From assembly GCA_046563655.1 (NCBI GenBank), contig CM102284.1:5518001-5582000 (forward strand): 64,000 nucleotides of DNA, in the 5' to 3' direction. Shown here in pieces: positions 22,901 to 38,007 of this stretch. How positions within the stretch are numbered: position 1 is the first letter of the stretch; every line of letters starts with the position of its first letter. This DNA is from Yuukianura sp. NJ FZ-2021. Taxonomy: Eukaryota. The translations under genes were made by a program, and so were the position numbers. A model generated the notes under the pieces. It was not told the origin of the DNA, ran no database searches, and saw only the letters and a program-made list of their open reading frames with translations.

Positions 22901-25833
22901 CTATTTTCTTCGCGGGCCATTTTCTTCTTCAGTACTCATCGATGTGCAACTATTTGGATAATTTTAGCGAAGGCTACAGGTTAGAAAATTCCAAATTTCA
23001 AAAAAAACAGAAATCTAAATGATATAGCTTCAAATTTTTCTTGACTTTTGTACATAGGCCAAGCTCTAAACTTTAATTGTACTTACATTTTGGTGATGAT
23101 GCTCAAACAAAGCTTAACATTTCTACGAGCACGCGGTGCCTCAACGTATCTTCCGATTGATCAACATTTATATCTGCACAAACTTGCTGGATACTTCATC
23201 GTAGGACTTGGATTCGTCCATACCGTTGCACATCTTCTGAACATTCGTAAGCCAAAATTGTTGACAAGATTTGGAGAAAAAACACTTTTTTAAACTCATG
23301 TTTAATTTGAATCTTGTTTTCAGATTTTGGCTTTGTAGAAAATCCAACCCTAGCTTTAGATTGCAGCGAAATTGAACGAAGGAATTGGACATACATAGAG
23401 TACTTATTTGTTCCTGGAGCGACTCAAGCCTTCGGATTGGTTCCTGGATATGCATTTAACACCGGAGTTTTACTTTCTGCGATTTTGTTCATCATGTTCG
23501 TCTGTTCCCTACCTTTCGTTCGACGGAGTGGATATTTTCAAGTAAGCTTCAGAAAAATTCAGAAACATAATATTTGTTGGATTTTTCTTCATCTTCAGGT
23601 TTTTTACTGGACACATCTTCTATACGTTTTGTTTTGGCCGATTTTGATTATTCACACAAAACACTTTTGGATTTGGTTCCTTGTTCCCGGGATCATTTTC
23701 GTCATTGAACAAGTAGGAACTGATTCAGGGCTACTTTGTGCATGCACTGATTACTTTCTTCTTTTTTTTTTGTCCCAGGCTGTCCGAATCTATCGCTGGA
23801 GAATTGGAAGCGGGAAGACGTATATTTCTTCCGGAATTTTGCTTCCGTCCAGAGTAACTCACTTGATAATCCGAAGACCGCCAAACTTTCATTTCCGTCC
23901 AGGCGATTACGTCTTTGTTAAAATTCCAGCCATTGCTTCATACGAGTGGCATCCCTTCACTATCAGCAGTTCACCGGAACAGGACGGTTTGTGGAAATGT
24001 GAATTGTGGAAAAATGAAAATACTTCCAGGATTTAAAAATTTCGTTTTTTAATTTCATAAGATGCAATTTGGCTTCATATTCGAGCGGTGGGAGAGTGGA
24101 CAAATCGATTGTACGAATATTTTGAGCAAGAACAAACCAATTTGAATCCAGCCATTTGGGACTTTCGCTCTCAGACGGACGCTTTCACCAAAGGAGTCAA
24201 ATACAGAAAGTTAGAACATTCATTTTTCAAAAAACTAAACCGAAACAATTTTTTCTAGCGCAAACAAAACAGAAGAACTTTTTCAAATTTTAGAAGAGAA
24301 AGTTTTCGAAAATATTTGGATAATCCACTGACGTCCAATCCAGAGACACGGCGACCATTGAAATCAGTTGCAGATTCGCTCACTTCTTGTACTCCGGAGA
24401 GTAACCACTCTTCATCTGCAAATATTTCTAGAGATAGTAAGACTCGAACACCAAATTTTAAAAAAGAGAAAGTTTTCTTTAAAAAAAAATTTGTTTGTAA
24501 AACAGATGCAACGATCACTAGTTCTGAAGACGTGCTTAATGTAAACGAAACAGGTCAAAGGCCACTCAAACTACCTCTGTCCAAAATGAACTCAATGCCG
24601 AACATGTCTGAGGAGAAAGGAGACTCTGAGATTTCCGGCATCAGGTACTTTTGAAAGTCAAAATTTTTGAGATTTTGAAATTAGTTTTAAACACTTTTCT
24701 TTTTAGACTCAAAATTTTACCAAGGTCGGAATCAGTTGAGACTGACAAAATCTCTGCGTCGTCTCGTCGTAGTTTTGATTCAGCAAACCAAAGTCGTCGC
24801 TACCTTCGCTACAAACCGGCCATAATCACGTTTAAAACTCCACAAGATGACAAAGATGTCGAAAAAAGTCTAATTCAAAGTGCTCGAAGAAAATCTAAAG
24901 ATGTGGAAAGTTTTGTCCAAGAAGTTCGAAGAGCAGGTCAAGGTCAAGAGGTCGCCTGCTACGAACTAGGAACAACTCGAGTCTCACAGGAACAGTTACC
25001 AACTGGGAAAGCTCTAGAGGTCAGAGTTCAAATTCACTTTTTTGCTACATCCAAAAAGAAAGTGGTAACATTTTTTCAAAAACTGAATTTTTTTTGTAAC
25101 AGATTTTCATCGACGGGCCTCTGGGTGCTCCTTCCAGTCACATTTTCAGAGCGGAACATGCTGTACTCATCGCCACTGGAATCGGAGTTACTCCCTTTGC
25201 CTCCATTTTGCAGTCGATCATGCGCAGATACTGGGCTTCCAGAAATATTTGTCCAAACTGTAACTACACTTGGTGTAGCGAACTCCCTCAGTCTGTTCTT
25301 AATCTAAAAAAGGTGAAAAATCTTGAACTTTTTCAAAAAGAAGGTTTCTGAATTTTTTTTTAAACAGGTTGACTTCTTCTGGATCAATCGAGACCAACGT
25401 TCGTTCGAATGGTTTGTTCATCTCCTTTCTCAATTGGAAATTGAACAAGCAGAACTGGGGGGTGCAATGGAACGATTTTTAGACATGCACATGTACATCA
25501 CTTCAGCTCTGCAGAAAACAGACATGAAGGCAGTTGGACTCCAATTGGCACTGGATCTGCTTCATGAAAAAGTTAGTTTCTTTGTTTGAAAAGTTGTAGA
25601 AAGTTAAGTTTTTGTTAATTACTGGTGTGTTTTAGGACAAACGAGATTTAATTACTGGTTTAAAAACACGTACCAATGCGGGACGTCCCAACTGGAACAA
25701 AATTTTCAAACAACTTCAAGATCAAAGGAAAGGGAAAGTGACGGTGTTCTACTGCGGACCACCAGCATTAGCACGCACACTCAAACTCAAATGTGACGAA
25801 TATGGATTCGCCTTTCGAAAAGAAGTTTTCTAA
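19922..25833 (+). CDS. Nox5: NADPH oxidase 5 (EF-hand, calcium-activated Nox)
   Basis: EF-hands (DNDANGTISLQEF, DIDGDGEIQEAEL), heme His-bearing TM segments (HKLAG..HTVAH, YWTHLL..IIH), FAD motif HPFTISS, NADPH motifs GIGVTPF, VDFFWINRDQRSFEWF, VFYCGP, terminal FRKEVF*. Confidence 0.95.
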
Positions 25834-26671
25834 AACCGGAATTTCAAAACGTTTAAAAATGCTCTCCCAGCGTAATTTAAATTTAGTTTTTGGTAAACCT
25901 TTTATGCAATTGCGTATAACTTATTCCCTGTTACCATTTCAATCGTTGGCAAAATTTAAAAGCTTTTTTGTCAATGTTTTGTAAAAATAATATATGTACA
26001 AAGTATAATAAATTGATGTGGAGTAGTTTCTTGGTCAAAATTCAACCACAGAATCTCGTAACAATTGGTGGACGAAACTGTTTATGTGGATTGTTTTATT
26101 AATAAATTATTTTCAATTTCTGAATAGGCTTTCCAATTACTTTCTAACAAGGGATGTTTTGAATGAATTTTTCTCAATCATCAAAAATTTTGACAATGTG
26201 GAACGAAACGGAAAAAGTCGGAATTGTAAGACCACCTTCAGTTTTTTAATTTTCAAATTTCTAAAATTTGAACAAATTTCAGTCATAATTTTTAGATAAA
26301 GTATCACAGTCCAATACAATTGGATATAAGCCTTATTCAAGTTTTAAGCTTTAACAAATTAATTTGTATTAACAATTGCTATCCATTATAATTACAATAA
26401 TTATATAAACTTCAACAAAATTGTTCTAAAGTGAAAGTTTTTTTTCTCTTTGTGATAAATTTTGAAATGTTGATAACCCTGTCGTTTTTTCATTATGTAA
26501 ACAATTTCATTAGGCCTGATAAAATCAAACTTTGTGAAATAAGAGAAAGTAGTGTGTAAAGTTTTTGAAATTCCGTTAAGTTTTTAGCGAAATCTTAATT
26601 AGATTTTAGTAAATCGTTAAAAATTTAAGTACACGGGATACGTAACTGATGCAGCGAATCTTTTAAAAAAA

Positions 26672-29600
26672 TCATGATACATTCGGCACTAATGTATGTA
26701 TGTGCTTTGGAAATGAAATTATTAATGCCATAAAAATTAGTAGAAACGGCGAGCCATGGTTGGACTGTGGACAAGAGCTTTCAGTTTCACAGTTTCCTAA
26801 AATAGAATTTTAGAACAATTTTTAACAACATCTTTTAGAACTAATTTTGAAAAAATTAGTTGAAATGCTTACTAAAATTTGAAGTATTGAACACGGTTAT
26901 AAGTTGATGACTCGAAGATTCACCCAGGGTCCTGTCACAATTGGAGTCGTATTTCACAAAGTGGAAGATTTTTTGTGACTTGAGGTCACCGAGGTCATGA
27001 CCTTCTGCATACTCATCTTCATAAGTAGTGACATACTGCTGTTTTTTCTTCAGTCCCTGTGGAGCCACTTCCATAACTTGCTCTTGTATTTGAAAGCAGT
27101 GGCGACCGTTGTCGCGAGTCGAACTGGCGACAAGGAAAATGTCACCGGTTGGCTCCTCCCACCACCCGTGACATCGAAACTCTTCTGTTCAAATTTTCAA
27201 AAATTTCAAAAATTTTCCAATTGAATTCAACTAAAGCTTTGCTTAGTACCATGAGCAGCGTGAGAATTTGAACAAAAGTTGCTGATGTACAAAGTGTCGA
27301 GACCACCACATCCCATGAGAAGTGACCCCTTAAGTTGTTGGTGACACCGAGCCCCTTTGAAGTGATCTAGGTCAGTGATGTCGAAGTGGCCTACGTATGG
27401 ACATTCTTGCATCTCAGGAGTTGGAGCTGAAACGTAAAAATTCAGTTGAAGGTCATGGAATATGCACAAGTATGTAGAAATTGAGCATCATTCAACTTAC
27501 ATGTGAGTGTTATAAACGAATTTGGACTTTCTCCTGCGTCCAGGCTGAGGCAGACAGAGTTCATGTCTCTTCCCAATTTACCTAAAAATTCAAAATTCAA
27601 ATTTTACTTTCACTTTTTTACATGTCCAAAATTTCAAAATATACTTTTTCTCCAGAAACTCAGAATTTGACTTTCAACATTCTCACCACCCACAACCATC
27701 CCCCTCTAAAAACAAAAAATTCACCCCTAAAAAATTCACTTTCACCCTTCATTTTCTCTAAAATCAGAAAACGACTTTTATAACTAAAAACTTGACTTTC
27801 ACCCCACAAAAAGCCACATTCACCACAAAAATTCCACTTTCACCCCGGAAAAATGAAAAATCACTTTCACCACAAAAATTTCCCCCTCGGTAGGCTAGAA
27901 TAATCAAAAAATTCAATTTCGGTGGCTCCCCTCCTCTTTCACACACAAAAAACGTAAAGTGTTTCATTGTCTTACTCATTTGTAGTTCCACAATATGAGG
28001 ATTCCGCTTGTAGAGACGGAGACAGATGTATCCAATTTGACTGTAACAAGAAAATCATTCGTTTTTGTTACACTTTTGACATCTCAACTGACACTTAAGT
28101 ATAAGGCTAACCAGAAAATGAACAAAAGGGGAGAGAATTTGAAATACAATGGGCATGAAAGGGTTGGAACAGAATTGACTTTCCCCAATTACACATTGCG
28201 TATAGCCTGGCTTCTTCCTGCTAAAGCTGTAACGTAATATTACAACTTGACTCTCTCTGCCGCTTGGATTTTGAGTTCCCCCATGCTGCAATTTGTCACT
28301 GTCCAACTGTCACCAACTGTCATAATTTTCAATCATTCTCCAAACGAACAGCGGTCGACCAACGGTCGTTCCAGGACACCATCAATCAGCCAACGTTCCA
28401 AAGAAGCATTCCATACTGAAGTATAAGCTTCAGCATTAAGCAATTCTGAAGCTTGCTAACTCGATGCTTCATGCCAAAACACCACTGTTGCATTTGGTAT
28501 GTTCCTGATTTCAGCAGGAATGTGTCCATAGACACACAAACTCCAACTTTGGAACAACTTTTTGCGTTACGAACAGGATTTGGTAGCCTCTTGTATTATT
28601 TTCTTGTTGAACTTTTGCCAAAACGAAGGATGTATTGCTCGAAGCTTTGGAAAAGAACGATTAATCACTGCAAATGAAATTAGGCCTAATAAACGATTAT
28701 CCTCGAAGCTTGACATGACTTTGTGGTAACTAAACTAATAACAACATCATTTGTTTTGTGTCAATTGATTGTAACTACTACTAAAACAAGAATACAAAAC
28801 AAATGTGACAGAGTGACATTCTAACAAAGCAACTTCGAACAAAAAAATTTGCACAATTTTGCTAAAGAATTCGAAAAAGGAGTACAGCACGGGGACCCAT
28901 CTGTGTTTTTCGGATGGAAGTGCAATGAACGAATTTCTACGTTTTAGACGGAATTGAAATTTGAAATTTTTAAAATTTTGAACCTCTTACCATCCAGTGG
29001 TGACACGCAGAACATAGGACGGATGCTCTTCAGAACTTTGATGTTCCTTGACACAAGCTGCTGAAGTCACAAGGCTTGTGGTGACCTCTGACCCTGCCAA
29101 CGAATTGTTCGTAATGCGCAGGTCACTGACACCGAAGGCATAGGACAAGCGACCGTCCAGTGTGAGCCACTGCACATGCGCCTGAAGCCACTCCGGAAAG
29201 GTACATGCGTTCTGGACAGCGGGTGCTTAACATCAAAAGAATTTATTAAACTTTGACCCAGATCTTAGTTAATTGAAATTAACCCTAAACCAGGGTTAAT
29301 TTTTTAAAGTTGCATTCTAACCTCGACGAAGTGTGAGTGTCCGTGAGCCTTCGACTGGCGTGAGGCCAAGGCACGTTGCATCACCGGACTGCGCAACTCG
29401 AAATATCACACGGTCAGGCGGTCCGTCGTCAACAAATCTGCTAGCGACGGATGTCGCTGATGCCGAATCTGACTGTCGCCGGAAAGTATAGCTCGAGGCA
29501 TAACTTGAATCGCTGCTGCTGCCGTACTTGTTCCACGGTTCATAAGCAAAACAGCGAAAGCGTTCTTCGTAAGATGACGGATCGTGGTACTTCAGCATCC

Positions 29601-31478
29601 CAACCATGTATCTACTGGATCCTTCTTTCCACTGGGCCAAGCATTCCAGTTCTTCCACTTAAGGAACACAAAAAAGAACATGGTCAATCTATTGTTAACC
29701 CTCCATAATTCAATTGTAACAGACCAAATCATCACGAAGGGCCCCCAGGGGCCCTTAAGATCTCTGTCATTGCCCATGTTAGACTCATGATATGATATTG
29801 TACCTTTGCTCTCTGTCCCTGGGACGTCGTAGCATGCTTGGTAACTGAAGACTAAGTGTGAGGTGCGGCTGCAAGTGTCGATAGTGGACACTGGAGAGTG
29901 ACACACCCCTTGACCTCGACTGTAGGTGAATGTAAATGAGCCTTGGAATGGGCAGGGGATGGACTCCGAGTCCAGGCGAAACATGGAATAGAGATGAGCG
30001 TCCCCTGGGATCCTTCGACATAAAGTTCGGAGAGACACAGTGCTGGACTCGGTGTAGCAAAAGGCTAAACATACACAAAAGTGACAATGCCAAAATTAAT
30101 GTTGTTGTTTTGTCCAAAACATTGTTGGAGAAACAATGAAACACGTTTTGAAACAATGGAAATTTCGAAAAAACACTATTCTTTTAAAAAACAATGGTTA
30201 TCTTCTTATCTTTTTCAAAAAAAAAAAACAAAGAATGCAATAATTTTTCAAAAAACAAAGGATTCCAGGGTAGGTTTAGTTGGAAAACTGGAAAACGCGT
30301 TTTTTTTGTCAAAATTTTGATTGAAAGTGAGAAAAACACTCTTTTTGTGGAGAAAGCTTACTTTCTTTGTACTGTAGAACATTGATATGCTTCTCATGGA
30401 AGACAACGCAACGGTAGCACTCTTCAGATCTAGTGAAATTTTAGTCGTTTCAGATTAAAATTTAATTAATAGTTAATTAATTATGGTAATTAGTTGGGGT
30501 GAAGGTACTCACTGACTATAAACAATGTATTTATCACCATGTACTTGGAGACAGCGTCCTTTGGTAGTGATGGAAGTGTGATTGATTGATATCGTAGTGG
30601 CCACACCGGATTGAAACCAATTCCCACCCCATCGAGATGGAAAGACGCAGCTTTCATCTATTGTTGGAGTAGAACAATAGAATTTAGATTAGGATCTTAC
30701 ACCACCACCAGCCTAAGTGCAGTTAACACCCTGGCAGATGAGGTGGCTAAAAGTTAAGTTCAGGGTGAGCTATTCAACTGCTGTCGTATTTTTAAAAACG
30801 TGCTGTCTTTAAAAAAGTTGGTGTGAACCACTGGACTGATTTTGAAAAGTTGAAAATTGTAATTTTAATTGCAAATTAAAATTAAAGTTTCAGTGTAGAG
30901 TGCTTGCTGAGTCTGCATTAGCGGAAGTGTTGGGAGATGGATATTTTAGAACACCAAGACGCTTGTGGAGGTTGTTAATTTAAACTCTAGTCCAACTACT
31001 GGGATTTAGAGAGCAACCAAAGCTCATCTCCGAAATCTCTAGGTGGTAATCTCATGAATAAATTTTAGGTTTTGGAATCTTAAGAAAACCACATGAAAAA
31101 CCAAGGCTCGAAATTTGTTCAATGAACTCTCTACTGTTGCGATAAAATAAGAAATTTTACACAAAATTTGGGGTTTAAAAAATCATTTTGAAAAAAGTTG
31201 GCAAAATTGAATGAAAGCTTGGGTGAAAACTTTTATCGAACAAAATTGGTTTGTAAAACATAACGAAAACTATACAAAATTCAAGATTTTTTTTTTTTGT
31301 AAATTTTTAAAAGCTCGAGTTATAAAATTTTACCTGAGAGTTTCATACTGACGGGTGGCAGTTCGTCGTCCTCATTTTGAAATTGCGAATTGCTTCCAAT
31401 TGCTGCCAGAGTAAGAACAAGTTGAAACAGACATGAAATCCTAGTGGTTAAGCTGTAAGTCTTTTTTGGCCAATCCAT
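26672..31478 (-). CDS. Conserved uncharacterised Cys-rich repeat cell-surface protein, multi-exon
   Basis: Signal-like first exon (MDWPKK..LFQLVLTLAAIG); repeated modules CVFPSRWGGNW, CPFQGSFTFTY, LECLAQWKEG, CTFPEW, CPYVGHFDI; hydrophobic C-terminus FLLIFMALIISF. Internal borders approximate. Confidence 0.75.
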
Positions 31479-34400
31479 TTCAAAGTAGTTGTATTTTCAG
31501 TCTCCTTTCGTTCTACATTCAGATCAACTTGCATAATCCGATTTCTCGTCCAGTCTCCGTCCCTTGCCAATTCTACGGAATAGAAAAATCGAATCGTAAG
31601 TCGAAATGTATTAAGTTTTTGGACACTTGATCGCATTCGATCTTTTCCAGTTCCAGTTCCAGAAAAAACAATACGGAGCTTAAAGGGGGGCCCTTAAGGC
31701 GCTTACAACTTGCTTGTCCTTTGCATTCGCTTCTGCTTGTACCAACAACCATGTAATTCTCAGCGAAAACAAGATTGGATTGCCAATTCTACGCCAAATC
31801 CGCTTAAAAACTGCGTCTTGCTTTTCCGAATTTTCAAAATACAGGGTTCTTTTTTTTAACCGAACCAAAAAAAAGTAGTGCTTAAACCTTGGAACTTAAG
31901 ACTTGAATGGAACTTTTTAGACTGAAATGCTTTCCAGAAACTGGGCCAGTCCAAAATGAGTGAGTAATTTGGAACCTACCTTGGACATGTCTATCTTTCA
32001 TAGAAGCTACGCAGAGATAAGGAACCGCTATTTACTTAAAACCTTCATGATGACTAACACTTATGAAGCTAAACTAAAATGTTCTCAAAAGTAGAACTTT
32101 TTGGAGTATTAACTTTTTTTTTGTTGTATTAAGATGTAAGGAAGTTATAATTTCCTGAAGAGAAGCCATCAACTTCAACTTGAGTAGTTGGGAACGAGAG
32201 TAATAATGATAAATAAATTGTCTGTTTTAGTTCTACTTCTAAGAAGTTGGTCTTATCCTTGGTTCTCCCTGTTCTTGTTTTAAAAAGTTGAACAAAACAG
32301 ATCGTTCTGTTCATAATTTAGGAAAACGAGAATTAAGAAAGAACTTGCATGATAATTGGTCTTTAAATCTTCAAAAATGGACAATTCCAAAAACGCATCG
32401 GAAAGGCAGGACCAACAAGGTTATAAAGTGTCACAGGTGAAGAACGATCATCGCAACTTTTTTCATTTCAAAATGAAAACAAAATTTTCTTTTAATTTTT
32501 AAACTTTCAAAATTAAGTTCATTCAAAGTTTGGAATAAAAATGCAAATACTTTCCTTTCCTGCAGGATTGAAATGTTGTAAGGTCAAATGCAACATGGAA
32601 TGCGTCTATGGTGTCTAAAAATGTTAAAATAGCCAAATTTAGCACAGAAATTGTAGTAACATGAAGGAGATTAAATTTTAAACTAAAGAATTAAAAGTTG
32701 AAATCATTAAAAATTAAAAAAAATAAAAAAATAAAAATGCAATCTTTTTGGACATGAAGGCTGTCATGCATCTTAATTCAAGTTAATTCGACAATAATTT
32801 TCAGCAAATGTTTTCCGACTGGCGTTTTGCTTATACAAAACATCAAAAACTCTCCATTTTTTGATTATAATTAAAATCAAATTAGAAAATTCTACCTATG
32901 AATTTTATGAATTACACAACAATTAAGGTGTGGTTTAAGTGCGCTTCGTTTCAAAAAATGATTTTGATGAAAAATTGAATAAAACCCTGAGTTTGCATTT
33001 CAGGTTTTCGTTTTTGATGTACGATAATGCGCCTGTTTGAATTCAAAATGCGCCAACACACTCTCCTGGCCTTGGCAGTGTTGCTTAATTTTAAGAAACC
33101 GTCCAGAATCCTCCTTTTTGCCCAGGGTGCAGCGAGTAATCGGACGTGGATGTAATGTATTATTCTTATGACACGTTATTTCCAGTAGGATGAATCCAAA
33201 GGCGTTAATTAAGCCTCTCCCCTACTTCCTCCCTTCTGGAAGATCCAAAAGATCCAGAAGCACTACTAGGGCTACAGGAATCCATTGGATAATTATAGGG
33301 TTTGTGCAGTTGCAGTTGGGTTGCATCTTTCACTTTCTTCCATAACAATTTCCAAAATGCAATCATCATAACTGCAACTACACAGAATCTCCAGAAAAAA
33401 GATTCCCACCCTCCAGAAATTTTAGTTTCATTAGAGCAGAGAATGAAAGATTTAAGAGGGATTTTTGAGAGGGGGTGAGAAAATGATGCATTATTGTAGT
33501 TTTTGGTCGATTAGATTCTGCTGGAGCAGTTTCATCCCCCTCATCTGCGGGGGTGGAAAAATCTCACCCCCTCCTCCCCTGAACTCACAAATCAAATTTT
33601 AATTTTTACAATTTTCCATTTTAGAATTTTTTGTCCAAAAAGAAAATCTTACATTGTAATTTGAACTGGTTAAAGTATGATAGCACAACATTTGTTTCAG
33701 TTTCAAGAAACTTTATGGACAAAATGAGATCTGGGGGATGAAATTGCACTTGATGAGACGAAAAGCTGAAAAATGCTAAGATGATGCCGAAGTGGAGCAA
33801 TCATGAGAGTGGTTGAAGTAGGGCACCCTGCCTAATTTTTTTGGTCGAATTTCTTGTAACAATCGTGCTTATGGTTGAATTAAGGACGGTGCGTATGGAG
33901 CGTATCCAATGGAGATTGGATCATTAAATTATAGTCTTAGGAAGAGGATGGATTTCCGGAGCATGACGATGGCCATATGGGAAGTGACCATTATGGCAAG
34001 TGCTTAAGTGGAACATCGTAATGGAGAAGGGAGGTGACGAGTGCTTATTGCTTTCCAAATAACATAGGGATCTCAACAAATCCAATTCTACCCTCTGCAC
34101 TACTCTTACTTTTGTTTGTCATCATTTTTAATTTCCTCTGCCTAAGGTTTCAGTCCAACCTTTTAGGATTTTGGGCCCAACTAATTCAACATTTCAAAAT
34201 TTCAACATAACATATTTACTTTCAGTCGCTGACTGTTCCAAATGGAAACAAATTCTCATGTTCTAAAATTTTTAAGCAATCGGATGGGCGTGGCAGGAAA
34301 TTTCAATTAAACATGACTTGCTTTCTCTGGTCAGAAATCAGGAAATTCAAACAAAAATTAATTACAGTTGCTTTTAATTTTGAACAAACTTCTACTGTTT

Positions 34401-37400
34401 TCAAAATTTCAAAAAAGGAATTTAGCGTTTCACGAATTGCATGTTAGCAGTGACTTGTCCAGAACGTACAAAAGAGATTAAGAAAATGGAATGAAAAACG
34501 TGTTCAGATTTTTATGGACATGAGAACATTTTAAGTTGAACGTAGAGGCTTTAGGTTTTCCGAAATAGGAAGTTTGAAATACCAAAAACAATGTTTTTGA
34601 TGAAGTGAAAATGGAAATTTAAAAAGTGACCACAGAGACTTTACGACGATCCAAATGTTCCCCTAAGTGCAACCTGAACTGAAGTTTTTGATTTCATTAG
34701 AATTGAATTAGACGGAATTTAGAACAAGTTTTGTGGAGTCTTCAAAAAGGAAAAAGAGCGTGTTATAAAAATCAACTTCAATCTAAAGCTAGACCTACAC
34801 ATCCTCAACACGCCCAATAAAATAATTCCAAAGCCGTAAAAGCCGGGTGGTTTCAACTTTTCAAAAAAGCGACGCTGCTTTTTCGTCGTTAGCCTTCTGC
34901 TTTCGTTCCAAAGTGCCTTAAGGAGAGCCTTTTTTGTTCAAAAATTTGAAAATTCAAATTATACTTTTCCAAACATCTCTGTTCAAAATTCCAGAATTTG
35001 AGAAGGGGAATGTTTTTTAAAATTCTTTGTTACTCAAGAGGAATCATTAGGTTCCACTTAAGTTTTGAAAAGTTGGAAGTTTTTTATTCCAGAAGCCTCG
35101 AAGCCTCTTTGACATTTCAGATATTGCTACAAGATTAACTTGGAAGAAGACTGTTGGAGGGAGTAACTATACTTATTTGAAAATCTTTCCTTTACATCTT
35201 TTGACGGACTGAATTAATCTTCTCAGACATCAGATCTCTCTTCCTATTGTTCACTTTTTTGAACATGGGTCTACCATCACCTCAAGCCTTTTCTAAACCA
35301 AAATCTTGAAACCTGTTTCCTTTAATTTTATGAGCCACAACTTACTTTTTACTTCTTCAAACCACTACTTCCTCGGCTCCTATTCTTCCAACTTAACAAC
35401 GAAACGCTAAAAACTTGACGAGCGCAGAAGTGTTTACCAACATTTTAAAATTTAAGCCCCCCATTACACTTGAGATCTTTTCAAAAAAAGAAACTTCTGG
35501 CTGCTCTGCTGCTGGATCCTTAAAGTTTTGTTTTTACAACAAAAATTTATTGACAGAAAAAACGAATTTCAAAAAGAATTTATTTTTTCTCATCCTCTTC
35601 GGTCTAATTTACGTTTTAGACAAAACGGGCATAAAAGTCTACAAAAATTTCACTTGTTTTGAACAATAAAATTTGGATGTCTTCAGTTTGGTTTTTCCAA
35701 ACAATTTTTACTTTAGTAGCTTCGGTTTGAAAAAGTCTGAAAGAAAATGCGGTTGTCTCTAGGGACTGGAACATCGAAAAATCGCGCTTCCGAAGTATAT
35801 TTTCAGCGCTATCCACCGCTAGCACTAGTTTTCTAGAATTCTAGAATTCGAAAAATACTTTTCTAACCTAACAAATTCTTGTTGAAGAAAAAGCATAAGT
35901 TTAGTGAAAGGAAAAAAAGCTTTTGTGGTTTTAAGCCTTCTGGTTGATGTGGAGTGGAAAGCGGAAGCGATGAAGGGAGCACCGTAGTGCTATTGAAAAT
36001 AAAACTTTTTGACTAAAACTTTTTTTTCGGAGCCCTTGGGAAAACAGTTCCAAAATTTCGGAGTTTTTCTTACCCAAAATCCAGTTACTTTTCTCCGATT
36101 TTCGGTGAGTCCATTGGGACTTACCTTTCGCCTTCGAGCTCTGAAGCTACCAGCATCGTCAGTTTCCATTTTACAATACATTTCATTTTGTTCAAAAATT
36201 GCGAGAAACTGTAGGGTTCAAGTCCCAGAAGAAGCTTTTTTTCCGAAAAGTAAACTTAGGAAGCGTATTTAGGCGGTGGTTAGGCTTACTAAACTTCATG
36301 GTATGATGATTTAAATTCTATTTTCATCCCCATTTACTTTTGGAGAATATGCTTTCTGAAGGAAGAAAACAAGATGAGGAGATTGTCCCAAGAGAGACAT
36401 AGGCTAAAGTCTAACGTGAGCGAGGGAATAACCCTTGCCTCTGAATTGGCGGGTTTAAAAAACCGAATTTTTGTGAGTCACCGGGTAGTACGTGTGACGC
36501 AAATGGAATTGAATGGTTATTATGGCTGCTACTTGAATAGAAACGGCAATAGAGGCAATTGGGAAGACAAAAAATGCTACAACCGGGAATTCGGAACCTC
36601 GAACGACTTAAAACAACCTGAAGGGAAAGCCTTCAACTTATTTTTTGGCTCAAAGAATTTGAATTGGACATGAAAATTATTGAAATGGGGTTTTTGTTTT
36701 CAATTTTCGAAAAACTTAACAAAAAATGACTTCTCAGAGGCTGAATTGGCTCCAATTTTCTAGACTAGGAAAATTAAACATCAACTGGGGACAAATAACT
36801 TGTTTGAAAACGAGAAAAATTTCGGAAAATTAAAGTTAAACAGAGACGATAAAATTAAAAACAGGAAAAAGCTAAAAAAAATGTTTTCGCACCAATATTA
36901 AGTTCCAACATTCTGAATATAATGAAAACTGTTCCAAATTTTTCGTTTAAAATTGTGTTTAAATAAAGTTGATTTTTAGATAATTTATTTTGAAAAATCC
37001 GACGCAATTACAATAGAACTGAAATGATACTTTTTTTCTTCCTTTTCTTTAGACTTTGGAAATTTCAAAAAATTTGAAAACTCTCAAAATTAGCACTTGA
37101 ACGTGACCGGGATTCAAAAGTTGTTATTATTGATTTTCAAAATGGTTGTTTACATAAATTTTCTTTTTGCAAATTGGCTTTTCACTTTCATTTAGTTTGT
37201 TGCGGTTTTGTGTGGGTTTCGAAAAAAGCCAAACCCAAACAGAAACTGAATACATTCAATTTCTAACTGAGAATGAAAAACGATTATTATTTATTAACTT
37301 TAATAATTTAGAAATTTTTGACACAAGAAAACTTGAATTTTTTGCAGTCACGTTTAAGTATTTAAAATTCATAAATTTTGCATTCCGTATGTACAATGTT

Positions 37401-38007
37401 GCTGCTCCCTTCATCTTTGGTCAACTTTTCGCATCTTTGTGGAAGATAACGAATGTCATTCCGACACTCATGAAACAAGATTTCAGAAGTAGAAAAAGTG
37501 GCTTCCTGAAGATGAAAATCAAGAAGATGCACCGCTCCACGAGTGATCATGTTCAACGCATTTTGCTAGTGACAGCATAACTGAAAAGTAGGTTTATGTA
37601 GAAAAAAGTAAAGTTCCTTTTCAGTCATCTACTACTGGTTTGCATGCCGTTTGTGTTGTTGAAAGGATGATTACGATTTCAAGTGAAAATGAACTTGATT
37701 TCTATTGTTCTCCCTACAGCATAGTAACCACAAGGAAAAGGTGGAGTTGTTCTACAACATTTTTAATTTTTGTGTAATTTCGTTGGTGAAATTGGCGAAT
37801 GTAAGAGAGGGAGGGGAACTTGGCTTGAATTTGCGAAATTTCAACTTTGCTAAGGTCACATTTACATGAAAAGTCTGTAGGTCACGGCAGTCAGTTTCAA
37901 GGTGTCGGAAAGTTGACACGGAAGTGCTTCAGGTCCGTCATCATAAAAAAGTACAAAGTTTTGAAAAAAACAGGAACGAGAGCTTTAGAAGTTTCAAAAT
38001 TTGGAAA

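Noticed and set aside
24180-25020. Long low-complexity insert between the Nox5 FAD and NADPH motifs
   Set aside because: Extended inserts at this position are an expected feature of arthropod Nox5, so not novel.
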